Source of the DNA: Euprymna scolopes
Taxonomy: Eukaryota
DNA: 64,000 nt
Reading direction: 5' to 3' (one strand)
Assembly: GCA_053919585.1 (NCBI GenBank)
Contig: CM132790.1
This document shows positions 49,301 through 63,112 of this stretch, in pieces. A program made the translations under genes and the position numbers. Numbering within the stretch: position 1 is the first letter of the stretch; each line of letters starts with the position of its first letter. The notes under the pieces are model-generated. The model worked only from the letters and a program-made list of their open reading frames with translations, was not told the origin of the DNA and ran no database searches.

Positions 49301-50151
49301 TGAGTGTATATGTTCACATAAAGTTCTGACTAAAGAGTATTATGACCATATCATTCATTTTCACGATGATGGCAACTATGTTAACAACATCCTAAAATAT
49401 AATGAATTTGAAAAAACGAAAAACTTTCATTGCATGACAAATAAGGATCAAACACACAAAGTGTATATTGCTATATTTATGAGTGGGGGAAATGCTCAAT
49501 ATTTGATAGAGCATATATAGATTTTAGTTTGAAGAGTTTAAACATGGCCTCAGTAGCAAACTGGTGACCCAGTTTCTTATAAATCAATAACCAATGACAT
49601 TCAAGTCACCATGTTCTGTTGATTTCATGTCTTATAAGTGTATATATAATAATTATATTAAACATTTTTAAGTTTTTAGTCGTTGCAACTGTTTTATTTT
49701 TTCTTTCCTTTTTCTTACCTGTCTCTTCTCTTTCTCTCACATCTTATTTTTCATTCAAAAGAAAGTTGCCATTTTGTAGTACTTTAGAAATGGTCTTAAA
49801 AAAATTATGTAAATTTCCACAGGCGATGCATTCATATGTAATATATTGATGTTGGCATTCTGTAGATGTTCAGCATAAATGGAGTCGCTCTAACATTATT
49901 GTAGCTATTTCGTTAAAACTACAAAAGTATTAATCTAAGCTAGCAGAGACGCCTGGCGTAGCCTGGTCGTAAAGTACGCTTACATATATTTTAATTTTTG
50001 CAGATTTCATATATATATTATATAATGTTCTATCGATTTTGGTATATTATAAAGTTGCAATTAAAAAAAAAAATATATATATATATATCCATATGACTTG
50101 GGTGCAGTAGCTTGAATTGAAAGTGAAACTAAAACTTATGAAATATATATA

Positions 50152-51890
50152 CAGTGCCACACAAAAGTATTGGATACACATTTTTCTTCATAAATTTAAT
50201 TAGGGTTCAAGATTTTACCTAAAATTTGGTCAGTATATTCCTATTACTATTCTAAATTATATTTGGAGTAGTAATTACAAAATTAAAGTTTAGAAAGTTT
50301 ATATTTAAGGAAAAATATGAATTAACAAATGTAAAAGTATTTGGATACACTTTTAAAAAATTCTTTTTCTGAAATAAATTTAAATTACCTTTGTTTATTG
50401 TGTTGCAATAATGCAAACGAGTAATCACTGACCAATCAGAGAGCTTTATATTAAAATAAATTTATAAAATTCTTCCAGTTTGTGCTCACTCCTTCAAAGT
50501 CAACCAGTTTATTTATAAAAATGCCTAAAACTGTCAATAGTTGTCAATAGACATTCATCAAAAAATCATTGATAAGCATAAAGAAGGAAAAGGGTATCGA
50601 ATAATATCAAGGGAACTTAATCTACCACTTAGTAGAGTTGGAAATGTTATTAAAAAGTTTAAAAACCCGGGTGAAGCTGTTGTAAATCTTCGAAGATGTG
50701 GTCGGTCAAGGAAATTAAACGAAAAAAATCAAGGTGGGTAAGCAGAAAGGTACACAGAACCCCTTTTCTTACTCGTGGTGAAATTCAAACCGACCTCAGA
50801 GAAGCTGGGATTAATGTGAGCAAGGATACAATCAGTAGTTCTAAATTGCGCAGGTTCTGTATCAAGCTCCCCAAGAAAAGTTCCATTATTGAAGCTTAAA
50901 CATGTCAGATCATGTTTGAATTATGTTAAAACATATGAATTTTGGAACAAGTTAATCTGGTCAGACAAAACGAAAATCGAAATCTTTGGAAGAAACACAA
51001 CACATGTATGGCGTAAAAATGACATCGCCTATAACAAAAAGAATACTATTCCTATGGTAAAGTTTGGAGGTGGTTCGATTATAGTATGGGGGTGTTTTTC
51101 ATCCAAAGGTACTGGTGAACTAGAAATCATCAATGGTAAAATGAATGGACGTATGTACAGGGAGATTTTGTAGAAAAACATCCAGAAATCTACTGATTTG
51201 TTGGAACATAATAGCAATTTTATGTTTCAGCAGGACAATGATCCCAAGCATATTGCCAAACTAACCAAAGAATGGCTTAGAAATAATGGAATTGACGTTC
51301 TTATTTGGCCCAGTCAGTCTCCAGACCTCAACCACATTAAAAATTTGTGGAAAATATTGCAGAGGAATCTACAAAATATTCAACAACTAGGACAGTTCTG
51401 CAAAGAATGGCACAAAATACCTGCAAAAAACGTGTGCAACTATAGAAAGCGATTGGAAGCTGTTGAATGCAATACCTTTATTGCATTCAAATGCTTCCGA
51501 TCGCAACCAAATATTAAATCAATGTATCCAATATTTTTGCGTTAGTTGATTTATAGTTTTCCTTTAATATAAACCTTCTAAACTTTGATTTTGTAATTAC
51601 TACCCCAAATATTAGATTACTCGTTTGCATTATTGCAACACGCTAAGCAAAAGTCATTTAAATTTATTTCAGAAAAAGAATTTTTTAAAAGTGTATCCAA
51701 TACTTTTGCGTTTGTTAATTCATATTTTTCTTAAATATAAACTTTCTAAACTTTGATTTTGTAATTACTACTCCAAATATAATTTAGAATAGTAATAGGA
51801 ATATACTGACCAAATTTTAGGTAAAATCTTGAACCCTAATTAAAGTTATGAAGAAAAATGTAATGTATCCAATACTTTTGCGTGGCACTG
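50152..51890 (+). mobile_element. Full-length Tc1-family IR/DR transposon with decayed transposase (about 50521-51518)
   Basis: TIRs of about 275 bp (50152-50426 and 51615-51890) starting CAGTG, each with two aaaagtattggatac direct repeats; motifs [50 protein letters not shown]; frameshifts and a stop. Confidence 0.97.
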
Positions 51891-51975
51891 TGTGTGTGTA
51901 TATATATATGAACCTGAATTCCTTCAGCAATAACCGAAACCAAAAATTATGAAGAATTCTTGGTAAAATTATTCA

Positions 51976-52935
51976 GTGCAAGTCTATAAATGGTCCACAA
52001 GTAATCTTTTTTACTATAAAAATCTGAAAAAAATCTTTATAATGTACGTACTTGTCACTGCATGAAAATGTCATATTCCAAAAATAACGTAAATCGATCA
52101 AGTAGTTTTGTTTTTTATTTAAGAAAAGCAAATATTATTAGACATTTTATCGAAGAAAAACTTAACGCCATCTTGTTTTTGAATGATACACTGCTAGCGA
52201 CAACTCTTGGGAGTGTTTGGAATATAAGATCGGCAAGGGGCAGACAATTGACTTTCCACACTATAGAAAAAAAAAACTTGGAAAATTAAGACATAAGTTT
52301 TTGAGGAATTTGAAAACGAAAATAACGTTTAAAATTCCAGCATACGAGTAGTTTCCAAGATATGAAGAATTTTATGTAAATTGAGCACCCACACGTTGAC
52401 GCTCCTCCAACAAAAATTCGTCAAATGTGTATTTCAGCGGTGTAAATTAAAGTTTTACACTATTGGTGGCCATAAAGTGGGTGATCATTATACCTTAAAT
52501 TATTATAGAAAAGTGATCCCCCACTTTCTTTAAACTAACATTTCTTCATATCTTGGAAACTACTCGTTTGCTGGAATTTTAGACGTTATTTTCGTTTTCA
52601 AATTCCTCAAAAACTTATGTCTTAATTTTCCAAGATTTTTTTTTTTTTATAGTGTGGAAAGTTGATTGTCTGCCCCTTGCCGATCTTATATTCCAAACAC
52701 TCCCAATAGGTGTCGCTAGCAGTGTATCATTCAAAAATAAGATGGCGTTAAGTTTTTCTTCGATAAAATGTCTAATATTTGCTTTTCTTAAATAAAAAAC
52801 AAAACTACTTGATCGATTTACGTTATTTTTGGAATATGACATTTTCATGCAGTGACAAGTACGTACATTATAAAGATGTTTTTCAGATTTTTATAGTAAA
52901 AAAGATTACTTGTGGACCATTTATAGACTTGCACC
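51976..52935. mobile_element. Foldback/MULE-like non-autonomous element
   Basis: Near-perfect inverted arms of about 395 bp around a spacer of about 170 bp; TSD aattattca at 51967-51975 and 52936-52944. Confidence 0.92.
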
Positions 52936-54390
52936 AATTATTCATTACAAGAAATGGAAGTCCATAACAATTAAACGACTTGGATGTAAGTGTGACACAG
53001 AAAATAAATAACAAACACGCTATATTAATATAGATATTTGAATATTCAAATTTTTGATATGGAATTTATTGTGGGAATGTACAATATGAAGGGGTATAAA
53101 GTGTACTCAGGACGTCAAAATTATTGACCTCATGACATATTTGCCTCTTTTAGTTAATTTGGACAAGTTACTCTTATCAGTTTATTTTCGTTATATGGCT
53201 TCATTTATCCTTTATATTACAGTTTTGGCTCCATACTGTCTCTCCTACCCATCCTGATAACTATCACAAAAAGTCACTTATTTTTACATCCTAAGTATAT
53301 GAAGCCCCTTGAGAACAAAATTAATTCTTAATTCATCCATCCACTATTTTATTTAGAATTTTAATATATAGGTTTATACAGAAAATATAGTTTTTCGTTT
53401 GGTATAAGATGTTTTTACATATTTTGAATTTTATGCATCAAAATGGTTTTATTTTTTACTAAGTCTTTAAATTCTTTAAAATTTGTAATTTTTCTTTTAT
53501 GAAGTCAAAACGAAATAGAGAGGATGTAAATTAGCTTACACAAATCCACATGCATATTAATATTTCGAAATGTTTAACAACCGATGTGAGAAAATAGAAC
53601 AAGTAGGTGTACCCATCCAAGAACTGAAACTCCTGTTAATAAGTGAAATGCGGTCAGAACCCAAAATACTTAATAACATTCAAAATATACTGAAAAACTA
53701 ATTTATGGATTGAGCAAATGTTTTACTTTTGTCCCTCCATATTAAAAGTCTCTACAATTTTTTTTTTTTTATTTCATTAGTATAATACTGAAAAACTCTT
53801 CAGTTGAGTGTTTCCTAACTCCTTGAAGAGAAAAAAAAAATAGGTTATATGCGAACTGGAAAAATGTAATTCGTTGGGCCACCCATTCAGCTCAAGCATA
53901 AAAAAGTGGGTTTGCATAGCCAGTTAAATATTAAGAAAAGACAAAGTCTTAAATTCTGCTTGCTATATATCTTCCTCCTCTCACTTTCCTTTCCATTAAA
54001 TATTTTTTGCTATTTACGATGTTATTCCTTTTTATAATAGATTAACCCAATCTTATTTTCTGTATTACATTCAACTGTTTTCAAGTGTATGCTATCACAA
54101 AAGCGAGAGTGAAGAAATGATATAGGGAGGAGGAGTTCACACCACTCACAGTGAAAGAAGAGGGTAATAGAAGCCTAATAAAAAACGATGAATGGTCAAT
54201 TAATTGCAAATTAACACTGAGTAGAACAGTTCAAATGAAGTTTTTCAAACATAACATTTATTGAACAAAGAATATTTTAGCATGTATTTTGTGTGATTAA
54301 AATGACCGCTAGCAAGTTTTCATAACCAGTGGTAAGGATGCTGTAATCGTGGTGTTTCGACCCTCAGTGGAATCAGCCAAGTTGATGAGC

Positions 54391-55099
54391 TAGGTGTATC
54401 AGAATTTTTGTAGGAATTTTTGACACCCCTAACACGAAACTGCGAATAAAATATAAAAAGAACTCGTAATTTCTCTTTTAAAAGTGGGTTGTTTATTTTC
54501 TTTATGGATTAATTATACTTCCAAAATAAACTATTAAAGTTGTATAAAAAGTAATAGAAATATATTTTTTTATTTTTTAAAAAACTAATGAAATTAATTG
54601 AATTTTATGAGTTCAGTATTTTTCAATTTTTAAACTTTAAAAATCTATCAAAATTTTTCTATTGATTCAATTTTTACGATATTTTCAGGGTCAATGTGAA
54701 ATTTTATGCTCTTTCCAATAAACCGAATATAATATTTTAGACAAACGTTTTTTTTTTAATTCACGCCCCCCCCCCATTTTGAAATGTCTATTAAAAAGCA
54801 AATAATTAATTTACTCACCAAAGTTTTATATATCACAAATTGAAGATAAAAGATCAATAAATAATATATTCAAATTTAAAACAGTGTTTTTTAGAAATTT
54901 ACCTGCAAAGCCCGAAGTTTAAAACCTTTTATTTATTTTTTTTTAAGACCACGTTGTTTTTTTACGTGAAACCTTGGTCCTTGCCCCTTTAATTGAAAAA
55001 AAAAATTAGTGTTTGAATGACATTTTTCGAGTAGAAAAGAGTAGTGGAAAGACAGGGGGTCGAATTATTCAATATTTTTCAAAGTTTTTGACACACCTA
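54391..55099. mobile_element. Non-autonomous DNA transposon with short TIRs and 9-bp TSD
   Basis: taggtgtatcagaatttt / aaagtttttgacacaccta termini; ttgatgagc at 54382-54390 and 55100-55108. Confidence 0.8.
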
Positions 55100-56940
55100 T
55101 TGATGAGCTGTAAAGTAATGAAACCTGCGTTTTTATTTTATTTTTTTTTCATTACCATCTTCCCCGGTAATAGAATGCATGTCCTAAGTCTAATAGATGT
55201 TATGATTTGGAAAATTTCTTCAAATATATACATTTATTTTTCTGGGAAGTACAGGAGTGAGGACTACTACAGGGTTGTGTATATTCATCTTTTTAGGACA
55301 ATCTTCATAAAATAGTAAATCTTTTTACCTTCCTATTTCTAATAGTCTAAATCTAGTTAATTGTCAGGAATACATAGTTATAAAAATACTCTATCATTTT
55401 TTTTTTTTTTTTTTTTTTGTAAAAATTTATACAAAAGAATAGATATTGCATAATATATAAGACGATTTTTCAGTTTTGATTTGTCAGTTTCTTCACTAAT
55501 TACACTTTTACAATCCTTCTTCCAAATTTTCTGCAAAAAATTATTCATTGAAATTGTTAAAAAAAAGTAATATTTTTTTTGCATAAAAAATCTGACACAT
55601 GAATTTAATAAAAATTAATCTCCAATGTTTGCTTTTTTTTTTTTTTTTTAATGTAGATTTGTTTTCGTTTATTATTAAATTTGATCATGTCTTTATTTTG
55701 GAAATCTTATTGAAAGCTTTTTAAACCATTTAAAAACAATATTTCAATATTCATAAATGCACCCGACAATGACTTCATAAATAAATAAGACCCAATAACA
55801 TTAAATAGTAATGATTGCTGTCTAATGTCATGTTCCCTTTTTAATAATATTCTTTAATTATAAAAATAAATATTCACATGAACTTTTAAGGTTTATATAC
55901 AGTTACAAAAGTATTCTAATTTTTTTAGATAGCTATTATTTCGTTATTTATAATTTTCTATGGATCTATATTTTATAATTTTTAAAATACCCCTATTAAA
56001 TTGCTATAAATGTCTTTATTTTTATAATAGAAAGAGATGGTTTCATTTGCTTGCAAGAAACGTGCCAAATTTATTCTTTTTGAAAAACAAAACTAACAAA
56101 TCTTGTTAAGGAAACAATGAAAAATAAACATTTAATGACTTATTTTTTCATTAGAAAAAGTAAATAATAAATATCCAAAATATGTTTATATTTCAGCATA
56201 GAATATTTTCTGAAAGAAATTAAAACAATTATTGATGGGAGGTGCAAGACTTTTCATTAAAAAAAAAATTACTTTGTGTTTCCGTGCATAAACACTTTTG
56301 GTTTTTCTTTTGCAAAAGGGTGTTTTTTTTTTGTTTTTTTTTTCATATTTCTTGAGTCAAACATATTCATGTTTTAAATTTTTTATTACACCTCTCCCCT
56401 AAAAAACTAACATTCTTCTTAGAAATCTAACTTCAACAAAATTTAACGCAAAATTGAATTCAAAATATATTGGGCGACACTTTCACTATAGATAAAACCG
56501 TTCCTACCCCCTCCTAAAAAAATTAAATTGATGCCATTTTAATCAATTATGCACCCCGAAAAACCTGAAGGAAACAGATATTTTTTAATTTACTCAGTAT
56601 TTATCTCCCATAGCAAAACAATTATTTGGTTAACTGACCTAAAACCTAGAATGGCCCGGAAACTGGGGATCACCTTGTTAAATTTCATAGGATGAGAATT
56701 GCAAGCCTCCGAAAATTAGTAGGAGGTTATGGCCCCCTAGGTTCGTAAGTTCATCTCGATTTCTTTATTTTAGTTTTTCTTGCCATTAATCGTCCACATC
56801 TCTGGATATGACTGACATCACATATCATGTGAAATATATTTTTATTTCTTTTAGACAACTTATGCAGATATATTTCAAAGAGGCAGATGAAAGAAGTTTA
56901 CTTCAACTTTGCAACATTTGTGTTTATCGGAAGTGAACAG

Positions 56941-57029
<89 letters not shown>

Positions 57030-59621
57030 CTTAAACTGGGTTATTTCGGCTTTTGTCAAAGTGAAGTATGGTTCTGGTTCTGTTCCATTTTCTCAAAATT
57101 TATCTCCTTATCCCAGAAAGAGGCGGTATCACTAGTCATCGAAGGCACCCTGGTTGATAAATGTTGACAGATCCAATCATAAAATTTTTTGCACTTGTTC
57201 AGAATGACCATTGTTTAGGATTCTGGAATACTAACTATAAAACTGACGCCATGTCTAACGTTGCTGTTACTTTTTTTGGGGGGTGAGGTGGGGTAAATGT
57301 ATGCAAATAGGAAAAAAATCTACTTGTATGACAACATGCCGGGATACGTTTGATGTTGAATTTATATTATAAATTATAAACAGTATTCTTTATTTACAAT
57401 AATAGAAAATTAATGTATATAAAGTAGTGAATAAAAAATATTAAAAAAAATTTGCCAGTTAAATTTCGTGGGATTTTTTTTTATTTTTGTTTATGAGTCA
57501 CATAACATGTAACTAGTACATGCTTACTTTTTAAACCTCTCTTAACTTCCCTACAATGTTCATTTCTAGAGAATGTTTGATAATTTTCTAGTTTAGAGGT
57601 TTTATGTTTAGATATGTTATTGGGATTAAAAAACTCAATTATAGTTATTGGAAATGTTACGTTATTTTAAAAAAAATTATTTTTTCACAAAAAAAAAAAT
57701 TCATGTTAAGAAATTTCAGTAAGAAGAATGATCATTACAGTAAGAGTAGATAAATATTTAAAAATAAACTTTAAAAGTAAGAAACCCGGTTTAAAACAAA
57801 TGGTTTTCCATTTATTTACAATTTTCACTAATATGCTAATTATTACTTTAATATTTCATTATCCAATTAATTTAAAAACCTTACATCTTGCCATTTTAAA
57901 TAAATTGTTCCAAAAATAAATAAAGAACTAATAATTATTTTACAAAAATAAAACCCTATTAAAGGAGCGTGTCGGGTTATTTTTAAAGTCTGAACATCTC
58001 ATTAATAACTTGTGGCTTTCTGTAATTCAGGTGTGACTCCCTCCTCTTCAAAAGTATGTCAAAATAAGGATTTAAAGAATTAGAACAGAATATTTTTTAT
58101 TCATTATGAAATCATTTATCACTATTTTAAGAATGTAATTGTTGAAAATGAAATAAATGAATCAGAGAAGGTTGTATTTTAACAGTTCACCTCCATAAAA
58201 AATAACTGAGTTACACAAATTGTAATAGTATCATATCAGAACTGAAATAATGGCTCATTTAAATAAATTACATAAAAGCCGAAACGGGGATGAGGTACAA
58301 GAAAAAATAAAATGGTCGTACCACTAAACTCAAATTTTAACCTGTAAAATTTAGATCTTTCTTGTATAAGGACATTTTCTAACGACAAAATAACTAGTAT
58401 CACTAATTTTCAATCTTCTCATAATATTTTTCATCATTCAATTGACAATTTATTTGTTAAATCCTTGTCCCCAAGTGATTGTTAGCCTTAATAAAAAATA
58501 CTTAAATGTGTTTCATGTTATCAAATAATTTATTCAGAAAAGTCTCCAGACGGTACTTTTTTTGTGTGTAACTCTGAAACAACACAAGGTCAATGAAAAT
58601 ACGAAATCTTTTCTTTTTTTTAAGCTGGATCTTAATCTATTTAATTCAATAAATTTCTGTTAGAATAGCGAGACTTTCAGTGAATAATAGTGCCTCTAGT
58701 TGAATTGAAATGTTGCTTCACCAAACCTTTTCCCTTTGTGAATATTTTTCAGCCTCCATTTTTAATATTTAAAAAAAAAAAAAAAATTATAAGTAAACAT
58801 GTCTTTTGTTTCATTGGAGCACGAACACACACCCACACACGCAGGGAGATTAGGAGTTGATTTTTTTTTTTTTTTTTTTTTTTTTTCTAATCTAAAGTTC
58901 AGCACATTTTACCAAACTCAATTGCTTAAATTTTTGAAAAGGTAAAGCTCTGTTTTTAGAATTGATAAAAAGTAAAAGGAAGTAATTTTATGGACTTGAT
59001 GGAATCGAAAGTATCTTGAGTTCAAACAACTTTTGTTTGCATTTCTCAGATTTCGTAAACTTTTTAGTCAGCCCATCTTCCCTTTCATGACTGCTAAAAT
59101 ATGCTGAACTAGTTAGCAGGCGATTTTAAGCTGAACGATATTGATTGCAAAAAATCAACCTTTTGTTTTTGTTTTTTTTGTTTTTTCTTTTGCCATGTTG
59201 ACCTGATCGACACAGGCGAAAGAAGAATGTGTGTCATATTTCTGTAAATATTTGCACCTCTTGTAGTTTACAAGTTGTGTAGATAGATGAATATTACTTT
59301 TTAAATTTTTTTCTTAGAATATTGAGTAGTAATAAATCTGGTGTTTCTACTATTATGCTCATATTTCTATTAAGGTTTTTAAAAAATATTTTTTTTTTTT
59401 TTAGCTATTGTCAATTTTGTTTAAAATTGATTATAAAATGAAAAATTAGTTTTAGTCTTCCATTTGTATCATTTTGATTTATTTTTAGTAACTTGAAATG
59501 TGAGTTTTGCCTCATTAAATCAAATGCTTTATAGCAATTTTTATCATGTATTGGGCATTATATATATATATATATATGTATATATATTATATATATATAT
59601 ATATATATTATATATATTATA

Positions 59622-59856
59622 TATAATAAATATTATATACAATCTCTCACATTCTGAAAATCATATATATATATATATATATTATATATAATAAATATTA
59701 TATACAATCTCTCACATTCTGAAAATCATATATATATATATATATATATATAATAAATATTATTATATACAATCTCTCACATTCTGAAAATCATATATAT
59801 ATATATATATATATTATATATAATAAATATTATATACAATCTCTCACATTCTGAAA

Positions 59857-59899
<43 letters not shown>

Positions 59900-59960
59900 A
59901 ATATTATTATATACAATCTCTCACATTCTGAAAATCATATATATATATATATATATATAT
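59622..59960. repeat. Minisatellite: about 40-bp core plus variable (AT)n, 5 copies
   Basis: taataaatattatatacaatctctcacattctgaaaatc-(at)n repeated five times. Confidence 0.95.
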
Positions 59961-61668
59961 AATCTTATGATAAAATGGAAAAGTCTTACTTGCAAGTATA
60001 TGAATGAGACGTGAAAAGCTAGGTAGGTGAGCATATGCATTAAACACAAGTTCCATAATCTGAATGGTATGAGTTCGATCCCTGTACATGGCAGTTGCAT
60101 TTTAACTTTTCAAATAATATTTCACAGAACAATATCCAAGAAACTGGCGATATAAAAATATTTCATTGAAGGCAAATAAATCCTCATATAAAAATGTCTA
60201 TTTTATCAATGCTTACTTGATTTATTAAAAAATGATAGATATCTTTTTTTAATTGTCAATACTAAAATAATTCGTTAAAAAGAAAAAAAGAAATGAAAGT
60301 ACAACTGCATTTAAATAATCCAACTAATTCAGTATTCTTTCATAATTGTTTCTTTTTCCCTTTCTTCTCTCTCTTTCTCACTCTCCCAGCTTAAATGATT
60401 ATCCTTGCTTTGTTCTTGAACTTTACATTTTTATTTATTGTCTGCTTGAGGATTTGATATAGTGACCGGCTTTCAGTTTTTATTCTGTATGAATGTTTCT
60501 CTGGTAATTACTGCTGAGATGGCAGATTTATTGTGTCACTTCCCCATCTTTTATACAAAATCTGAATTGTTTTCTCTACCTTATATTTGGAAACTCTTTA
60601 ACCCTAACTGCTGCAGTTTACTATATTTCGCCTTTTGCTCAACCACAAATGTGGCTTGAGGGTAAGATTAAGATAATTTTCTATTAGACACCCAGAAACT
60701 TGTTTTTGTTTAAGAATGCAATGACCTTGTTATGTTTTCACTAAAAATTAAGCATTCCTTTTTACATTTATTTTTTAGCATTGTATTTTTTTTATATACT
60801 TACAAAAAAAAAAGATTGGATTCATCATTCACAGATAAATCTTTTTTGTGCATAAATTAATTTTGATAAAAAAATATTGCTTTTATTATATTGTTCCAAC
60901 AAACTGTCTTATTGTTGGTATTGTAGTATATTATATAGCTTTCTTCATACATTTATATTTATATATTAACTGTCATTTTGTTTATCGTTTATTAGTTTAA
61001 ATTCAACCTTCAAATGGTGTTCTATTTTTGTTGCATCAAAATAAATTTTTAAAGAATTAGACATTAATTATTTCGGTACTTGTATCAAACAACATTCCAA
61101 ATTGACATTTTTTCGTGATTAAAAATAATTCCTAATAGAAGCATTATTTTGGCTGGTATACTTTTTCATCTATTTAGATTTAGTTTGGTGCCTTCACTTT
61201 TCTTTCTTTATATAACACGCAAACATGCATTTTTTATTCACAATAAAAATATTGTATTAATAAATAAGAAGCAAAAGTAATTAAGATAACGACAACTGTT
61301 ATTTTCTTATAAAAAATAGGTCAGTGTATTGGAAGTATTTATTTTAAGCTTGCTTATGATATTTTCAAGCGTCATAAAAAAAACTCTACAATTGTGATAT
61401 GTTGGAAGAAACGGACACATTTTTGTCACTAAAACAATTCCTAAATTGTATATCCTACAACAGAAGCCTATATTCATCATTTTTTACTTTTTTGCTATAA
61501 AATCATTGTGTACAGTGACCAGGATGTGCACTACAACTCATCATAAGGATAATGTACAGTTGTCATGAAACATGAACTGTTTCATGATGTACGTATGTGT
61601 ACGTGTGACATCAGACGTAACTTTTGGGGAAGCATGAGGAATGCTGTGTCTCGGTAGCCAACAATTGA

Positions 61669-61857
61669 TGTACCTATTTATTATGTCTCCCCACGGGACA
61701 GAGTTAGACACCAGGGTCGTTTTTTTAACGTGGAGAAAAGGTACAAAAATAAAAATTGTCTCAGTCGTGAAGGATTTCTCCTCCACCGAAAGAGAACAAG
61801 AAATAGAAGTGCAGCATCTGAAGAACAGATACTACACTTTGATCTTGACCAAAAGGC
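61669..61857 (-). mobile_element. U2-headed SINE-like element, subfamily A, copy 5
   Basis: Reverse complement reads gccttttggtcaagatcaaagtgtagtatctgttctt (U2) then a body nearly identical to copy 3. Confidence 0.92.
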
Positions 61858-63112
61858 GGTAGCAATTCTGAACATATAAAATGTGCAATGTTCTTTTCTC
61901 AAAGAAACTATACAAGTATGTTTTTTATTTTATTAATTGTTACCATAAAATAATTAAAAAGTTGATTTGAATTTGCTTAAAGCATGAATGTTTTTAGTTT
62001 CAATGTTTTTGTATGCAATTCTTTGCAAAAAAGTAAAACGCGTTTATTTTTTTTAAGAAACCTTAAAACTAAACAGTTGAAAATTCATCTCCAATGTGAA
62101 CAGATGTGGAGTGTAAACCAAGGTGATTATTTAAAATATAGAATAAATATTACCTTTTTAAAAAACTATTTTGTTAAAATTAATTTTTTTCTTTTTAATG
62201 AAATGAAACTAAAATCTGAATCTCTTCGATTGCAAATGCTGTGAAGGGGTGCTTGGATTACTCATTTTGATTAGTATCATCCGACCCTCAATTGTTTCAA
62301 TTCGAAACTAACTTTAACCAGAACCGCAAATGTAATGATTATTTTACTGTTTTAGATTTGTGCAACGGAAGCTTACAGATACTGTGTACTTCATCTTTAA
62401 AATGCATAAATAGCACAAGTGTCTAACCGTTGAGTAACAAATCAGGAGTAATTAAAAAGAAGAAAAATACATTTCACAAAAATCTTAATACAAATTCTTA
62501 TTAAATTAAACTGGTATATCTCAATATTAATTAATTTGTTGTAATTTAGTGTCTTTTTCACTTTCCATTATTTTTTTCAATAAAAAACAAAAAACATTTT
62601 TCAGCTCTGGTTAAATGAAATTTTATATAATGTTTTTTTCTAAATTTTTCTATATGATAATGCAGTTAAAATAATTTTTAGTCTTTTACATGTGAATTGT
62701 TATTGCACGATTTTCCCACATATCTAAACATTGTATTAACTGGATTTTTATAGCAGTTTAAAGTGGAGTATGTAAACAAAATAAAGCAAGAAATATATTT
62801 TATTACAAAATCTCTTTAAATGTGCTAAGAACTAATATTGGATTTTAAAAAATTGTCATTTTTAACCGGTAATGAAAAGATGACTATTAACTGAGGCAAT
62901 GTTTAAAAAATGTCTTCAAAAATTGTTTTACTGAAGCCTTTAAAACTTTTGGGATTACCCAGGCTATCAGCCCAGGTGACTAATGATATATTTGCTCAAT
63001 AATCTTAAAGTGAGATTTTCCTTAGTTTGAACTCCTGGAGTTGATTAATAAACAAAACTATATAAAGAATTTTTTTTTACATTTTTGAATTTTTGAGATG
63101 AAGATTTATTAT

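Larger units (their letters stand above)
49940..53034 (-). mobile_element. Non-autonomous Helitron hosting two nested DNA transposons
   Basis: Plus strand ctagcagagacgcctggcgtagcctgg start and ...tatattaatataga|t end; homology to 44985-45564. Confidence 0.65.

Noticed and set aside
49209-49520. 103-aa ORF as a host exon or transposase
   Set aside because: No recognisable motif or convincing splice sites; possibly a decayed TE but unsupported.
50521-51518. Active Tc1 transposase
   Set aside because: Multiple frameshifts, an in-frame stop, and the catalytic E position reads K (DLNHIKNLW).
52062-52848. Pair of near-identical small genes (MKMSYSKNN...) on opposite strands
   Set aside because: They arise from the inverted arms of a foldback element and have no protein features.
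59622-59960. CRISPR-like repeat-spacer array
   Set aside because: The spacers are just (AT)n, the context is eukaryotic, and there are no cas genes.
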